From Camelus dromedarius (lineage: Eukaryota): a DNA stretch of 64,000 bases. The stretch is taken from positions 3,164,001 through 3,228,000 of the forward strand of contig NC_087438.1 in the NCBI RefSeq assembly GCF_036321535.1, in the 5' to 3' direction. This document shows positions 51,620 to 64,000 of the stretch, piece by piece (within the stretch, counting starts at the first letter, position 1; every line of letters starts with the position of its first letter). The notes beneath the pieces are model-generated. The model was not told the origin of the DNA and made no database searches. It saw only the letters and a program-made list of their open reading frames with translations. Made by a program: the position numbers and the translations under genes.

Positions 51620-53300
51620 CATATCAACATAACTTACTTAAATTATTTAAATATTGTTTTCCTTTAATTCTTTGAACATATACACCAAAGCTTTATTGAA
51701 GTCTGTCTCCTAAGTCCAACATCTGAGCCCTCTCAAAGGCAGTCTCCTTTGTCTCTCTCTCTCTTTTTTTTTTTTTTTTCTGGTATGTATAGATCACATT
51801 TTAATGTTTCTTTGCGTGGATTGTAATATTTTGTTGTTATTAAAAGCTAGACATATTATATGATCTATTGTCACAACTGTGGATAAGGATTCCTTCCTAG
51901 GGCTTGTTTTTGTTGCTGTTGTTTGTCTTCTTCAGGTTTATTTGTCTGGGGGATGGCTGGACTAATTCAGTAGTATCTTTCTTTCACAGCCTGCTGTTTC
52001 TGGTGATGCTCCTGAGTTTGCAACTTTGGATGAATGTCAAGTCTTTCTTCCCACCGAGGATAACTATGCTTTCAACTGAGCCCTGCTGAGTGGCTTTTTC
52101 CCCGATCTCTTAACTAAGCTTCTGCCTCACCTGCCTCTGTTGGCATCGCACTAAGCTGTTAGCCTCTACTAATTGCTACGTGTCTACTAGCTGTTTTAAA
52201 CAATGCCCTGTGACATAAGTTGCTCCATGGCCCAAATCTGAGGTCCATTAAAAGGCAGGGTGTTGCCCATTCTTGATGCTTTCTCAGCCCCTCGGGGTTT
52301 TTCTTGGCCACCTCATCCCTTGCTCTCTCTGTTAAACTTCTATTGGTTGACTTTTTTTTCCTGTTGCTACTGATGCCTCAACAGTTCACTGCCAAGATCT
52401 CTATTGTTTTCAATAAAACCTTTAAGCATGAACTTCCCCAGAGTCTGTTCCAAGTGCAAATGAAGTCATCCCATTTACAGAGAGCTTATAAAGCTTTCTT
52501 TTCTTACGGCCTCCTTACCTTCTCCACAGAATCTCTACATCATTGCACTGGGGCTGTGGACAGAGACAGTGGTCCACCCTCTCCAGAGTGGACTTCCTGC
52601 TATACAGGATGAGGGCTGGGCAGGAACAGTAGCCTTGGCCTCTTGGTTTGCCTATCCTAGCACTGAACCTGGGTTAAGGGGTCAGAGGCCAGAATTCTTG
52701 ACATTCTGTATCAAGGTTGAGGCTGGTTAGAGGAAAGACCCTCCAGTCCAATAGGCTGTACCTATTTTTTTTGGGGGGGGAGGAGAGGGAGGTGGTTAGG
52801 TTCATTTATTTACTCATTTATTTATTTAATGGAGGGACTGGAGGTGGAACCCAGGACCTCGTGCATGCTAAGCACGGTCTCTACCACTGAGCTATACCCT
52901 CATCCAACCCTGTACCTTCTTAATACACAGCTTCTATGTCATGAAGCAGCACAGAATGAGATATGAGAATGGTTCCCCTCTTTCAAAAGAAACCATAGCT
53001 CTAGACTGGGATTCCAGACTGGGAAAGTTAGCCCCATTTTCTTGGCCATAAACACGTGGAGTATAGCTTCCATTACACCAAGATGGAAAGGAAGACGGGA
53101 GAGGGTCATGGCTCAACTGCCAAAGACTCACTGTTTTTATTGAGATGTAGATTTTCTTAAATAAGTGTTTCTCCATTTGCTGTATACCTTTATAACAATT
53201 TCCAGATACTTCAATATTTTTTCGTAATTGTCACCAATTAAATGGACGTTTCAATGATGAGAAAATCCATTAGCTTTCTCTCACTGCAGTTCCAGGGTGG
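51620..53300 (-). mobile_element. Old LINE-1 5' region, interrupted by a SINE
   Basis: 'aagtctgtctcctaagtccaacatctgagcc', 'gatctctattgttttcaataaaacc', 'aataagtgtttctccatttgctgtatacc'. Confidence 0.55.
52764..52909 (-). mobile_element. tRNA-derived SINE of the camelid Vic-1 type
   Basis: Minus strand reads gagggtatagctcagtggtagag...cttagcatgcacgaggtcctgggttc (Pol III A/B boxes, tRNA-Ala-like), then an (AAAT)n region, a C-rich tail and polyA. TSD CTGTACCT at 52756-52763 and 52910-52917. Confidence 0.9.
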
Positions 53301-53526
53301 CAATTTCAAGTTTTTTTTTTTTTTTTTGGAAAGAGAAATTAAATTTGAAAAGCTCGCTTGAGAACAGCTTTGTGTAATCCAGAATCAGTGCGCTGAAACT
53401 ATTATGAAAACCCCAGTTGTTCACTTTGTGAAAGAGAACTACAGCAAAATGTACTTAGAATTTATCTTCATGCCTGAAAGCCACAGTTACATATGGTGTT
53501 GGCCCTTAGAAATGCCATAATATTTT

Positions 53527-53582
53527 TGATACCATGATTGTAAACTGACTATAACTCAATAAAATAAGATTTTTAAAAAAAA
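53527..53582 (+). mobile_element. Truncated young L1 tail
   Basis: 'ttgtaaactgactataactcaataaaa' matches the L1 tails at ~44180 and ~55795. Confidence 0.7.
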
Positions 53583-53847
53583 TTCATCGTTTCCCCTTGC
53601 CATTGAACTGGGCTTTCTCTTCTAAGTCAACCTCAAAAGCCATGACACTTCTTTAAAAAATTATTTCTTCTGTGAAGAAAATCCCTGCGTCCTCTAACCT
53701 GCTGTACATTTTTCTCTAGTCCAGAACTGTCCGTGTGCTTTTAGAACATCCAGGAGCAAGGCTCACTGGCAAGGAGTTAGAGTCCACCAAGTGTCTACCC
53801 AGCTTTTCGTACAGTTTTATCTCTGTTAGCCGGGTCTGTCTTCACCG

Positions 53848-54095
53848 ATAAGTAGTGCCACCCGCAAGGGTCCCAAGCCATGACCTTGGGATATGCCCAG
53901 AGAGGTGTAGGCGCACAAGCCCCTACATGCAGCTGGGGCTCCACACTTATGCTCTGATGAGATCTCCTCTTCCTCCTTCTCTTCTTTACGTCACGTTTGG
54001 TCTGTCAGACAGCGGCGGGCAACGTGCAACGCCGCTGAGGCCTGTCGCTAGGGCCCTAGGGTCAGCTAAAGGATCTGATCCTACGTGAGCTGACC
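53848..54095. other. CpG-rich cluster of inverted repeats (putative structured element)
   Basis: At least six stems or palindromes in ~250 bp; details are in findings. Confidence 0.4.
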
Positions 54096-55219
54096 ATCAC
54101 ATCCACTCTGTGTCCCTCACATCTCCTCATCTCCAGAAAGAGACAGGCTTCCGAACAGGCTAAGTGTGTCCTGTGGTTCTGAGAGCAGCATCTGAGAACT
54201 GTGTTTCCTTCTCCTTAGTGTCCTCAAAGATCTGGTGAATCATGGGCTATGTTATGTTTCCCAAAAACCCCTCTGTGGCTGGTAGTCTCTTGGAGAGCTG
54301 ATTTGTTGAACAAGGGGGCCCAGTATTAGACTGAGGGCATGAGAGAGAATGGATGCTAGAATTAGTGCTTCTGAAATGTCCCCAGCACTGCATCATCTTT
54401 CTGGGCATTTTAATGTTTCTTAGCAATGACACAGGCTTATTATGTCTTTAATTTCATTTCTAATGGTTCTAATTTGAATATAGTATTCCTCTTCAAACAG
54501 TTAACATTTCTCCTGTCAGATAAATATTCCCTGGGAACAAATTCAATCTCCTTTTTTGAGGATAAATGTACTGAATGAATGCATCCTTACTTGTACCAAA
54601 GCATGCTATAATTTTTAAATAATTGGTTATTCAGCAAACTCACATGGATGGGTCATCTTTATTAATACCTTCGTGCAACAGACAATAAAGGCATTAACAG
54701 TAGTTACCAAATCTTTCATAGTGACATCCTTTACCTCTGAAAAGAAGATAATATTTTACTGTTTTTTGCACTCCCACAAGTTGCCTGATTATCTTTCTGC
54801 GGTAATCACAAACTCCAAGCATATTTAATGTTATTAAAATAAAAGTTGCTCAGCTAGTGCCAAGTGATGGTCAGCACAGAATTAAAGCTTGTGTCTCAGT
54901 GACACAGGTGAGCTTGCTAACTGGGTGCTCAGTATTCTCATGTCCACCCATCTTCTTTTCTTTCATTTGCCAAATAGCTTTGACAGTTACATGTGCAAAA
55001 ATTAAACTACCATCTGAAACCATCATTACATACATGGACCATACATCCCCTGCATGACTTCCTAAAGTTTGCAGTTGTTGCCTCTTTTATATGCTTGACC
55101 TTTTGAAGGGAAGACATTGCCTCCAGGTTTGTATCTTGTCAAGGTTGTGGGAATAGAAATGTTCTTTCTTCTGTGAGTTCTGAAGCAAGGCACAACATTT
55201 AAAAGTGGCCATCTTCTAC

Positions 55220-55823
55220 ATGTACCCCGGTGTTCACTGCAGCACTGTATACAGTAGCCAAAACATGGAGACTACCTTCATGTCCATCGACAGATGACTG
55301 GATAAAGAAGCCGTGGTATATTTATACAATGGAATACTACTCAGCCATTAAAAAGAATAAAATAATGCCATTTGCAATAACAGGGATGGACCTGGAAATT
55401 GTCATTCTAAGTGAAGTGAGCCAGAGAGAGAAAGAAAAATACCATATGAAATCACTTATATGGGGAATCTAAAAAAAAAAAAAAAAAAAAGACATCAATG
55501 AACTTTTCTACAAAAGCAAAAAAAACAAGAAAAACAGACTCACAGACATAGCAAACAAACTTAAGTTTACTGAGGGGAAAATGGGTGGGAAGGGATAAAT
55601 TGGGAGTTTGATATTTGCAAATATTAGTAACTACATATAAAATAGATACACAACAAGTTTCTTCTGCAGAGCACAGAGACCTATATTCAATATCTTGTAG
55701 TAACCTATAATGAAAAACAATATGGAAAAGGAATATGTGTACCCTCAGGTATGACTGAAATGTTATGCTGCGCACCAGAAACTGATGCAACATTGTAAAC
55801 TGACTACACTTCAATTTAAACAA
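55220..55823 (+). mobile_element. Young 5'-truncated LINE-1 with 14-bp TSD
   Basis: ORF 55230 'MFTAALYTVAKTWRLPSCPSTDDWIKKPWYIYTMEYYSAIKKN' is the ORF2 C-terminus; TSD TGGCCATCTTCTAC at 55206-55219 and 55824-55837. Confidence 0.95.
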
Positions 55824-56194
55824 TGGCCATCTTCTACGTGGTTTATCTGAAAACCATTTTGCTAAAGAGTGTCATCTTAGTGCAGTTGTTGGGCACAGCG
55901 ACTCTTGAGGGTCCTTGCATATTTACCGTGATTTGCTATAACTACAAACACAGAGGCATTGTGTTTGCTGAAGGCTGCAGCAGTTCAGGTCCTAAAGGAA
56001 AGTCCACAAGAGCGGGGAGGGGGCTGTGTGTTCTGGGTGATGATGGAAATCCCACCTTACAAACAGCTGCTTGGGGATTGGGATGAAGTGCCCCACAGTC
56101 GTACAATTCATCCTGAGAAATAAATGGGAAGGCGGACATTGGCAGCGTGTACCATTTCATCTCCATTTCCTTGTTTCTTTGTTTCACAAGGTAG

Positions 56195-56285
56195 CATCAC
56201 CCTTATTTTACATTCAGTGAAGTTAGCACAGAACAGTAATAGTATCAGGGCTGGAGATTGAAGTCAGTCTTCCGAGTCCCCCTCT
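56195..56285 (-). mobile_element. MIR fragment
   Basis: 'cccttattttaca...gttagcacagaacagtaatagtatcagggctggagattgaagtcagtctt'. Confidence 0.5.
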
Positions 56286-58359
56286 CGTGTTTGACCCCAG
56301 GCAGTGCTGCTTTCTGCTGCTCTGTGTGAGATCCTGGCTAGCTGATTGTAGGAAGGCTTTCTGGGGACACCCGCTCACCACGGCAATAACACCAACACTC
56401 GAACCAAGTCCACCACAGATCAGATCCCTACTTGTTTAAGCCCATTGTGCACAGACTGACACCCCTCCCTCCAGGAAGAATGTCCTCCTTCTCTCCCTCC
56501 CTCCCACCGTTTCTTCTTTCCCCCCTTGCCTCCTTCCTTCCCTTTTTCTTCTCTTATTTCTACGGTAATCTCATTTTCTCTGACAGGATCATAACAAGAT
56601 TAAAAGTAGACCAAACATAGCTAACTAAAATTGTTAAATAATTAAAAAGAAGCAAAAGCTTATTTCCACAATTTTATCATAGTTGGAAGATAATATCTAT
56701 TGTACTTCCTTTATCCCCTCAAGGAAAATCACTTCACTCCGTTGCTGGAACAGAAACTTCTGAAATCCATTTCCCTGAAGAAAGGGGCTTTCCCTGGGCA
56801 GGTGTGGGTCTCTTTCCCATCCTGCAAAAATATCTTTATGCCAGTGTCTTGTGACAGAAATCCACGGGTGTGAAGCTTGAGGTATCTGTGTGCGCATGTG
56901 CGAGTACAAGGACGTGCGTGTGTGTGTGTCTTTAGACCTGGAGAAAATACTCCTTGCCGTGATGTGTTGTGATTGTAATTCCAAACGTGAAAGAAGGGAT
57001 GTTGCGGAGCACTTTGGCTGTGAGTTCAAGAAAGATGACCAGGAGAGAAAGCAGGGCCTCGTACTGGCCCTGTGACCCTCAGCTCCACTGGGAAAGTCCA
57101 TTTGAAAGACATGCAGTTAGAAACCAAGTATGATCAGGGCTCCATTTGGAGACTCTTTCCCTGGGTGCTGCCTGGTCCTCTGAGATGTCTCTCCAGCCAG
57201 GGCCCCTGCCTCTCCTGGTGAGGCTCTAGGTCGGAAGAGATGAGGTGTTAGAACAGGGACCACTCTCCTCAATGGGGATTCTAGAAAAAGGGAGTGAGTG
57301 TGGAATTTTCAGACTTTTCAGAACATTCTTCTTTAATAAAGCTAGTATTTTTCTTTAGCTGGATTTGTTTGTGTTTTGCATTAGAAAATAGTTCAGAAGC
57401 TTTAGCAAAACCTGGTCTTTAAAAAGATAGACACTTGAAGACAAGCTTGTTACATAGAAGCATTTAGTTTTATGATGTGTTTATTTACATTAAAGACAGA
57501 GACCAGGGAGATGTAGGATTTTCATTTGTTTATTTTTCATTCACTTTTTTTCCTACTCTTTTTCCCCCATGGGCTTTCAGAAACATTTTAAGGAAGTCTT
57601 CTTTATAACAAAACTAAATACACAGATAAATAAGTAAACAAACAAATACATAGACAAAAACATACATATGTAAAGAGAGAGACTGGGATATCTAGCTATC
57701 TGTAACACAGTAAATATATGTAACAAAATAAGCAAATAAATATATAGAAAGATATCAAAATATAATACATATAAAACAAAATAAATAACTATATGAAAAA
57801 TGAATGTATAAATACATGCATGTAGTTCGCACGCAGTTCTTGAACAAACCAAGACGACCTGTAGGTTCGGGGTGATGACCACGCTTGATGGAGGCGTCTT
57901 TGACGGAGGACACAGGGTGCTACTGAGACCAGTACTTGTTGGTACTAAGGTTTCAGTACTGGGGGGCAGAGGTGGGTGTCAGGCCACAGAGGCATGTGGG
58001 ATCGGGTTGGGGGGATTTGATGCTGATTTGGACAAGGAATGCCACACGGAAGTGAGCTGATGGGGTTGGGGGCCTGGCCCCCTTTAAAGCAGCATGGTTT
58101 CCTCCCCACCTTCCCCAAAATGCTCCTCTTCTGTGAGTCCCCTGTCCAGAGCGAGACTGTCCTCGGGCCAGGCATTTGGTCCAGTTCGGTGGCTCATGTG
58201 TCTTTTCTGTCTGGTGTAAGGGACAACCCCTCTGTTCCCTTGACCCCGGGTGACCACGGCTCCCAGTGTCCCTGGTCCCTTTGTCCTGTGGTTCCCATGC
58301 TGCCTCTGAACACAAGCACGTGCATTTAGCGCTTCTGCTCCTCGTGTGCTCTGTGACTC

Positions 58360-58460
58360 TCCCTTAAACGATGCGGGTGAGATACGGTTATTCTCCTTTA
58401 ACAGAAGCAGAAAGTGAGGGTGAGATAGCCCAGGGTCTCAGAGCAGGTAAAAGGCACGTG
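58360..58460 (-). mobile_element. MIR fragment
   Basis: 'attctcctttaacagaagcagaaagtgaggg...gcccagggtctcagagcaggtaaa'. Confidence 0.5.
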
Positions 58461-58899
58461 CTTGGTGTTTTATAAGTAAATTCACATTTACATGTAAATG
58501 TAATTGACAGTCAGAAGGAAGGAAGGAAAAAAGCATAAATGATGCCAGGTCTTCTGAGACCAGTATCTATCACTCTTCAGTTGTGTCAGCACCCTCATAA
58601 TTTCCCACATCACCTTGCTAGCCGTTGCTCAGGGAGAACTGAAGCAGACTGGTCCCTATGGCCTAAAATGCCTCCGTCTGTAACGCGCACGTTTGTAAAT
58701 GCACATAGGAACTGCAGAGAGTTAAATGTGATATGTTGGAAACATTAAACCGATGTATGAATGGAGAGTGGGAAAGTAAGATTTGACTATAAAGGGACAT
58801 TTTAAATATTGCTATATTATTATCTACTTTAGGACTTTAGAAATACGTTGGCAGGAGCCCTGAGAAGTAGATCCACATTACCTTAAATTCCACTCAGAT

Positions 58900-60250
58900 T
58901 GTGATGGGGATTAGTGTGAATCAAAACCAAGCCCTCATCCCGTGTGGAGAGGCGAACACGCACTGCAGCCTCGTTTCCACTAATCTGGGGCTGCTGAGCG
59001 ATCTTTGATCACACCAAGTATTACAGATGGAAAAGCACTCTTTTCAAATCCCCGACGTGTTTCCAACTGTCAATAAAATCCTTTTTAAGTGTCAAAAGCA
59101 ATTGCTCTGGTTTACACTTACACGGCGCACCACAGCAGCACATCTCAGTACTTCTAAAGCAAAACAACAGCCAAATGGCATCGCTGCGGCCAGAATTCTG
59201 ACAGGCGAGTTCACCCTCGGCTTTTAAGGCATTAGGAATTCGTTTCTAAAAATTGCCATTTATGTTAACTGCACTTTAAAGATTAGGTATTTCGCTCAGA
59301 AATACCTTATCAGGGAAGTGAGACAACCCCCACGCCAACGCTCGAATTAAACAAACACATCACACAGGCTACGTGTCCAGCCGGGTGTTTAAATTCACAC
59401 GGAAAGCAAAGCATCCCCAGTTCCTGGAACATGTGATAAAAATTGTAATATTTGGAAGCATGCGAACAAAGGGTGTCTTACATTTTAAAGATGATCTCAG
59501 TGAAACTGGATTCTGGCCCATAAATTATACAAGACGATGGTTTGCAGTAATTGATGTAATAAAGTAGCTGGTAGGAAGGGGCACAGTTCCCCTAACTGGA
59601 TGAAATAAGCAATTACCCTGGCTACCCGACAGCCTGTCGATGGGAAAGTCGTCTGTGTCAGAACACAGCCTGCAGACCCTGTTGCATCCACAGCATCAGA
59701 GGCCGTCGCCTTATTATCTTTCCAGGACGTGCGCGCTAATCAGCTGCTCTCACCAATGAGGGGGGAGTGTTTCTGGCAAAATGAAAAAATGGTGATAAAC
59801 CGTGTCCAGATGATTAATTCACAGAAACTCTCCATCACACAGTGGCGACATATGCCCATCTCCTCTGTTGTCCCCTTGGAGATTTTCCTCCTAAACGTAT
59901 GTGCATATTTTTCACGGCCACTGATATTTGAATTGCAGCCTGCCTCCATGCAGAACATGAAATACTTCAAACTGCATAATGCCGGCTAAGTTATCAAGCC
60001 TCCAGCGGCCTGGGGTAGCCATGGCCACAATAATGAGTGTTCTCAAGTGGTTTGTGCAGCTTCCCCGCCCCCGAGCCTTAATGCCCCGACTTACCAGGTT
60101 GGTTTCCTTTTTCCCCCCTCCTTTCCAGGCTGGAGACTGTCTCCCATAACATCGCCGACCACTTTGGTGTCAGGAAATGCGGTTCCTGCCGCTGTAAATG
60201 AATGTGACGGCTTATTAATAATCACGGTTTAATCAAACAAAACAGTCATT
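58900..60250. promoter_or_regulatory. Candidate conserved non-coding/enhancer block
   Basis: 1.3 kb with no recognisable repeat, many retained CpGs and TAAT/GATA/forkhead-like motifs. Conservation is inferred. Confidence 0.35.
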
Positions 60251-60279
60251 TGGCATGTTTTCCTCTGTTGTTATTCCAT

Positions 60280-60555
60280 CTTTTTTTTATTTAATTCTTA
60301 TTTTTTATTGAAGTGTAGTTGATTTGCAATGTTAGCTTCAGGTGTACAGCAAAGTGATTCAGTTATGCACATGCATACTTTTTTTTCAGATTCTTTTTCA
60401 TTACAAGAAATTGAATATAGTTTCCTGTGCTATAGGGTGGGTCCTTGTTGTTTATCTGTTTTATATACAGTAGTGTGTGTCTGCTAATCTCAAACTCCTA
60501 ATCTATCCCTCCCCACTCCCCGTCCCATAACCACTGTTTGTCTTCTGTGTTTACA
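60280..60555 (-). mobile_element. Young truncated LINE-1 3' end
   Basis: 'tttattgaagtgtagttgatttgcaatgttag...ggtgtacagcaaagtgattcag...ctgctaatctcaaactcc'. Confidence 0.9.
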
Positions 60556-61944
60556 TATAGGTAGTTCAGTGAGCTATTCACGTTAACATTTGGGACTTGG
60601 GTGACTTTAAACGGTACCATCCACCTTTACATCTCAAGTGGATGCACCCACCTTCAACGATTTCTCACAATTTGAGAGATTTCACGTGAATTATTTGTTG
60701 AAGAAAATGAAAAACTACCAAAAAAGTGAATGTACGCATTCAATAGTTTAGTCATTAAAAGGGTATTTTTGAAACCCTCAGTGGTGTTCTAGCCTTGCAG
60801 CCTGGTTGTGCCTGTGAAGGCGCACTTTTCAGAATGGGATTAAGAAAAAGTAGTTCCACTTTGTAGGGGCAACAGTTTTCAGACTGTGCACCACAGCTTC
60901 GTGGAACCACCCCATGCCCTGCGTCGTCCCAGGAACCAGTCCCATTTATTATCTTTCTCTTAACAAGGAAACACAAAGCAGCAAAAGCACCACGTGGGGC
61001 CGGAGCCTGAACAGAGGGACCCCGCCCGTGAGGAAGAGGCATGGATCTCAGGAGGGCTGAGGGCTGGACAGGATGGGGGCCGGGAGGGGGGGTGCCAGCC
61101 TTCCCCTCCAAGGGATTTAGGATGTTGTGTTTGTTTGTTTGTTTTTGCCTGATGTTCTCTTGGGAGCCACATTCCCCTTCCTCTCAATCAGCGGTTCGGG
61201 GAAGGTAAACCCAGCCGGCACCTCAAGAGGAGGGAACGAGCCTGGGTATTGGCCAAGGACGGCCCTCCATGTCCTGGTCACAGTGACTTGTCAGAGGGGC
61301 CACGTGACAGCCCCGGGTCAATGGCTCTGCAGCCCGGGGATTTTGTTTGGGAAAGAGGTGCGCTCTTGCATGGGGGCTGGCTAAGTGATGGGAGGTAAGC
61401 CTGGAGCAATGGGATCCTTCCTGGGAGTAAGCCCCCCGGAAGCCAACAGGCCCCGGAGAGGAAGGGAGCAGGAATGCTGGCCGTGACTCAGCTTATTTGT
61501 GCCTTCGTGGTGCTGAGCCCAGGTCCTTCTCTGCGTGATAACTGCATTTGCCTTTGTGTGTTCACCAGCGGAGGTGATCCTTAGACTTGCACCACAATCA
61601 CCCTGACTGCTATGGCCCTTTCCCCTTGACTTGAACCCCGGGAACTGGTGCTTGCAGAGGGACCTCAGGTGTGATAACAGACGACAAGGCTCCCGCAGGA
61701 CCCTGAGAGCAGCAGTAGGAGAAAAATTAATCTCTCCTGGTGCAAAGGCGAGAAGCAGCTCTGTCCTGACTTACACAGACCTTGGATGCCAAATGGTAGG
61801 CTTTGATAAGCCAGCTAGATGTGAGAAATGTTTTCAGTCATACTACCAGATGCTTAGAAAACTTGCAGATTTTCTGCCAAAAACTAAATGTCTCTGCCTT
61901 TCTCCACTTCTCCCCACATGGCCAGTTTTTGTTGCTGTTGTTCG

Positions 61945-62023
61945 CTTTTTTGTTTCTTTAATTGAAGTCTAGGTGGTTTACAATGTTGCGTCAGCTTCTG
62001 GTGCACAGCATAGTGATTCGTTT

Positions 62024-62061
<38 letters not shown>

Positions 62062-62400
62062 CTTTTCATATTTTTTTCATTCTAGGCTATTACAAGGTAT
62101 CAAATACTGTCCCCTGTGCTGTACAGTAGGACCTTGTTGTTTATCTATTTTATATTTGGTAGTTCGTATCTGCAAATCCCGAACTCCCACTTTATCCCTC
62201 TATCCCTGTCTTTTCCCTGGTAACCATAAGTTTTTTTTCTACATCTGAGTTTGTTCCTGTTTTGTAAACAAATTCACTTGTACTATTTTTTTAGATTCCA
62301 CATATACGAGACATCATATGGTATTTTTCTCTCTCTTTCTGACTAGCTTCACTTAGTATGACAGCCTCCAGGTCCATGCATGTTGCTGCAAGTGGCGTGG
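61945..62400 (-). mobile_element. Young truncated LINE-1 3' end with internal (TA)n (~62029-62058)
   Basis: 'ttaattgaagtctaggtggtttacaatgttg...ttagattccacatatacgag...cttcacttagtatgacagcctccaggtccatgcatgttgctgca'. Confidence 0.9.
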
Positions 62401-63214
62401 TTTTGAGGGGTGGTGCTTACCTTTGCTCACGGGGATCAAGCCTCCCTTGCATGTGGCTGTGGGAGGAGTGCTGGACAGCGCTCGAGGACTGTTCTAGGGA
62501 AACACAGGACCACCAGTTTTCCTGCTTTGCCCCACGCAGCGAGGTCAGCACACTGGGGACACATCTACAGGAAGTTGTCCCCTCACCCTGGTTGCTGTTA
62601 TCTTTAGAGTCAGTACATCAGCTTCCATCAGAAGAGCCTAGTCCTCAGGGTCTGACCACAGCACAGCACAGTCAAGGTGAGAAGGAGTCACACAGTGAGC
62701 CATGTGACTGCGGGCAGTAAAGCTCCCCTGCTTCATTTCACTGATGCTCAGAATCAGGACACAGACTTGCCAAATGGAAAGAGACAGACAGAGGGAACAG
62801 ACAGGCAGTGGGACGGACTTGGGAGCATGAGGGCCTCGAACCACCCAGCACATCCAAGAAATCACTTTGCTTCTCTAGTCTCTATTTCCCCATCCCTCAT
62901 AGGGCTTACCCAGGAGAGTTAACAAGAGCCATTCAGCCAATTATTTAGCTAATTAGTCTCTCTGAGTTCTAACCCAGGGCTCCCCACTTCCCTCCCGCCG
63001 GTTAGAGCTCCCTAAGGGGTGCCTTCTCCTCAGTAAACAATCCACATGGCAAAGCGTCTCTTATCACTCACCTTGAGCCCCACTGGTGGCCCTGCCTCTT
63101 CCAAACCTGCAGCCCCCATTCTCTGGTTCCTCCTTCTGCCCTTTGTTCTGCAAGCCTGAAGTGCGCTCTGCGCAAGAGTCGTAACAGGTGAGGGCGGGAC
63201 GTTTGTGCCTTTTC

Positions 63215-64000
63215 TTTTTCTTATTAGTGTTTTCTTTTGAATAAGTAACATATGAATATTTTCAAACATCAAATGGCTCTAAAGAGGAGGCAGTTAAGGT
63301 GCAAACTCCTGCCGACCCATCACGGAACCCCCGGCACTTCCCCTACAGATGGATCCACCGTCTTCAGTCTCAAGTCCGAACATGTCTTTAAGGCAGATTC
63401 CTAGAAGTGGAATTCCTGGGTAAAAGGGCCAGTGAATTAAATTAGGAAACGCATGGACAAATCACCTTCCATAAATGATGGCAACTGATGCTTCAAATAA
63501 ACATGAAAGGACAGCTGCTTCCCCACATTCACCAAGAGAAGTTTTCGAATTTTAAGTCATTGCCAGTGTGACCATGTGAGAAAAGTTATTTGTTTTCATT
63601 TCATTTTCCATTCATTTTAATGAATAATTTGACTATTGTTTCACATATTTAAAAACATTCATGTTTCATTTTCTAAAACTCTTTATGTTCTTTGACACAT
63701 TTTTCTTTGTGTTGGTCTTTGTACTACTGATTTATGGAATTTTCTTTTATCTTGGCCCATTGGTATTAGTTATGAATATTTCCTCCATCTGTCTTTTGGG
63801 TTTTGACTTTATGTTTTTAAACTATGCATATTTTATTTAATACAGTGAAATCTATCACTTCTTATCTGCTATGGCTTCTGAGGTTTTTGTCATATTTAGA
63901 GGAGTATTTATTATTTTGAGGTGATATTTTTAAAATCTACCTATGTCTTCGTCCAGCATTCTTATGGTTTCGTATTTTTAAAAAATAAGTGTATTTTATA
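63215..64000 (-). mobile_element. Ancient LINE-1 (L1ME-like) 3' portion, runs off the window end
   Basis: 'agattcctagaagtggaattcctgggtaaaaggg', 'ttccccacattcacca', 'tatggcttctgaggtttttgtcatatttaga'. Confidence 0.7.

Noticed and set aside
52840..52905. tRNA gene
   Set aside because: The tRNA-like sequence is followed by a SINE body and polyA and is bounded by TSDs; it is a SINE head.

Overview
Mammalian nuclear DNA, almost certainly from a camelid. The evidence is a Vic-1-type tRNA-derived SINE at ~52.8 kb and several young L1 3' ends of the camelid type. The window reads as a long intron or gene desert. I recognise no host protein-coding exon, rRNA, true tRNA or CRISPR array, and most ORFs in the track are chance ORFs or repeat-derived. 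A large part of the window is transposon debris: old and young LINE-1 (two 5'-inverted, twin-primed copies with TSDs), MaLR/ERVL LTRs, a decayed ERV-L pol segment, MER5, MIR, L2 and simple repeats. The stretches worth following up are the repeat-poor ones. (i) ~19.8-28.3 kb holds a 3'UTR-like polyadenylation zone, a near-perfect minus-strand recursive-splice-type site (polyY-CAG|GTAAGT at 22232/22231) and a MEF2/E-box cluster. (ii) Enhancer-like blocks lie at ~40.4-41.6 kb and ~58.9-60.25 kb. (iii) A CpG-rich ~250 bp segment at 53.85-54.1 kb is tiled almost entirely by inverted repeats and could fold into a multibranched RNA. Repeat subfamily names and most boundaries are by-eye estimates. I cannot support a claim of a new biological system from sequence alone.
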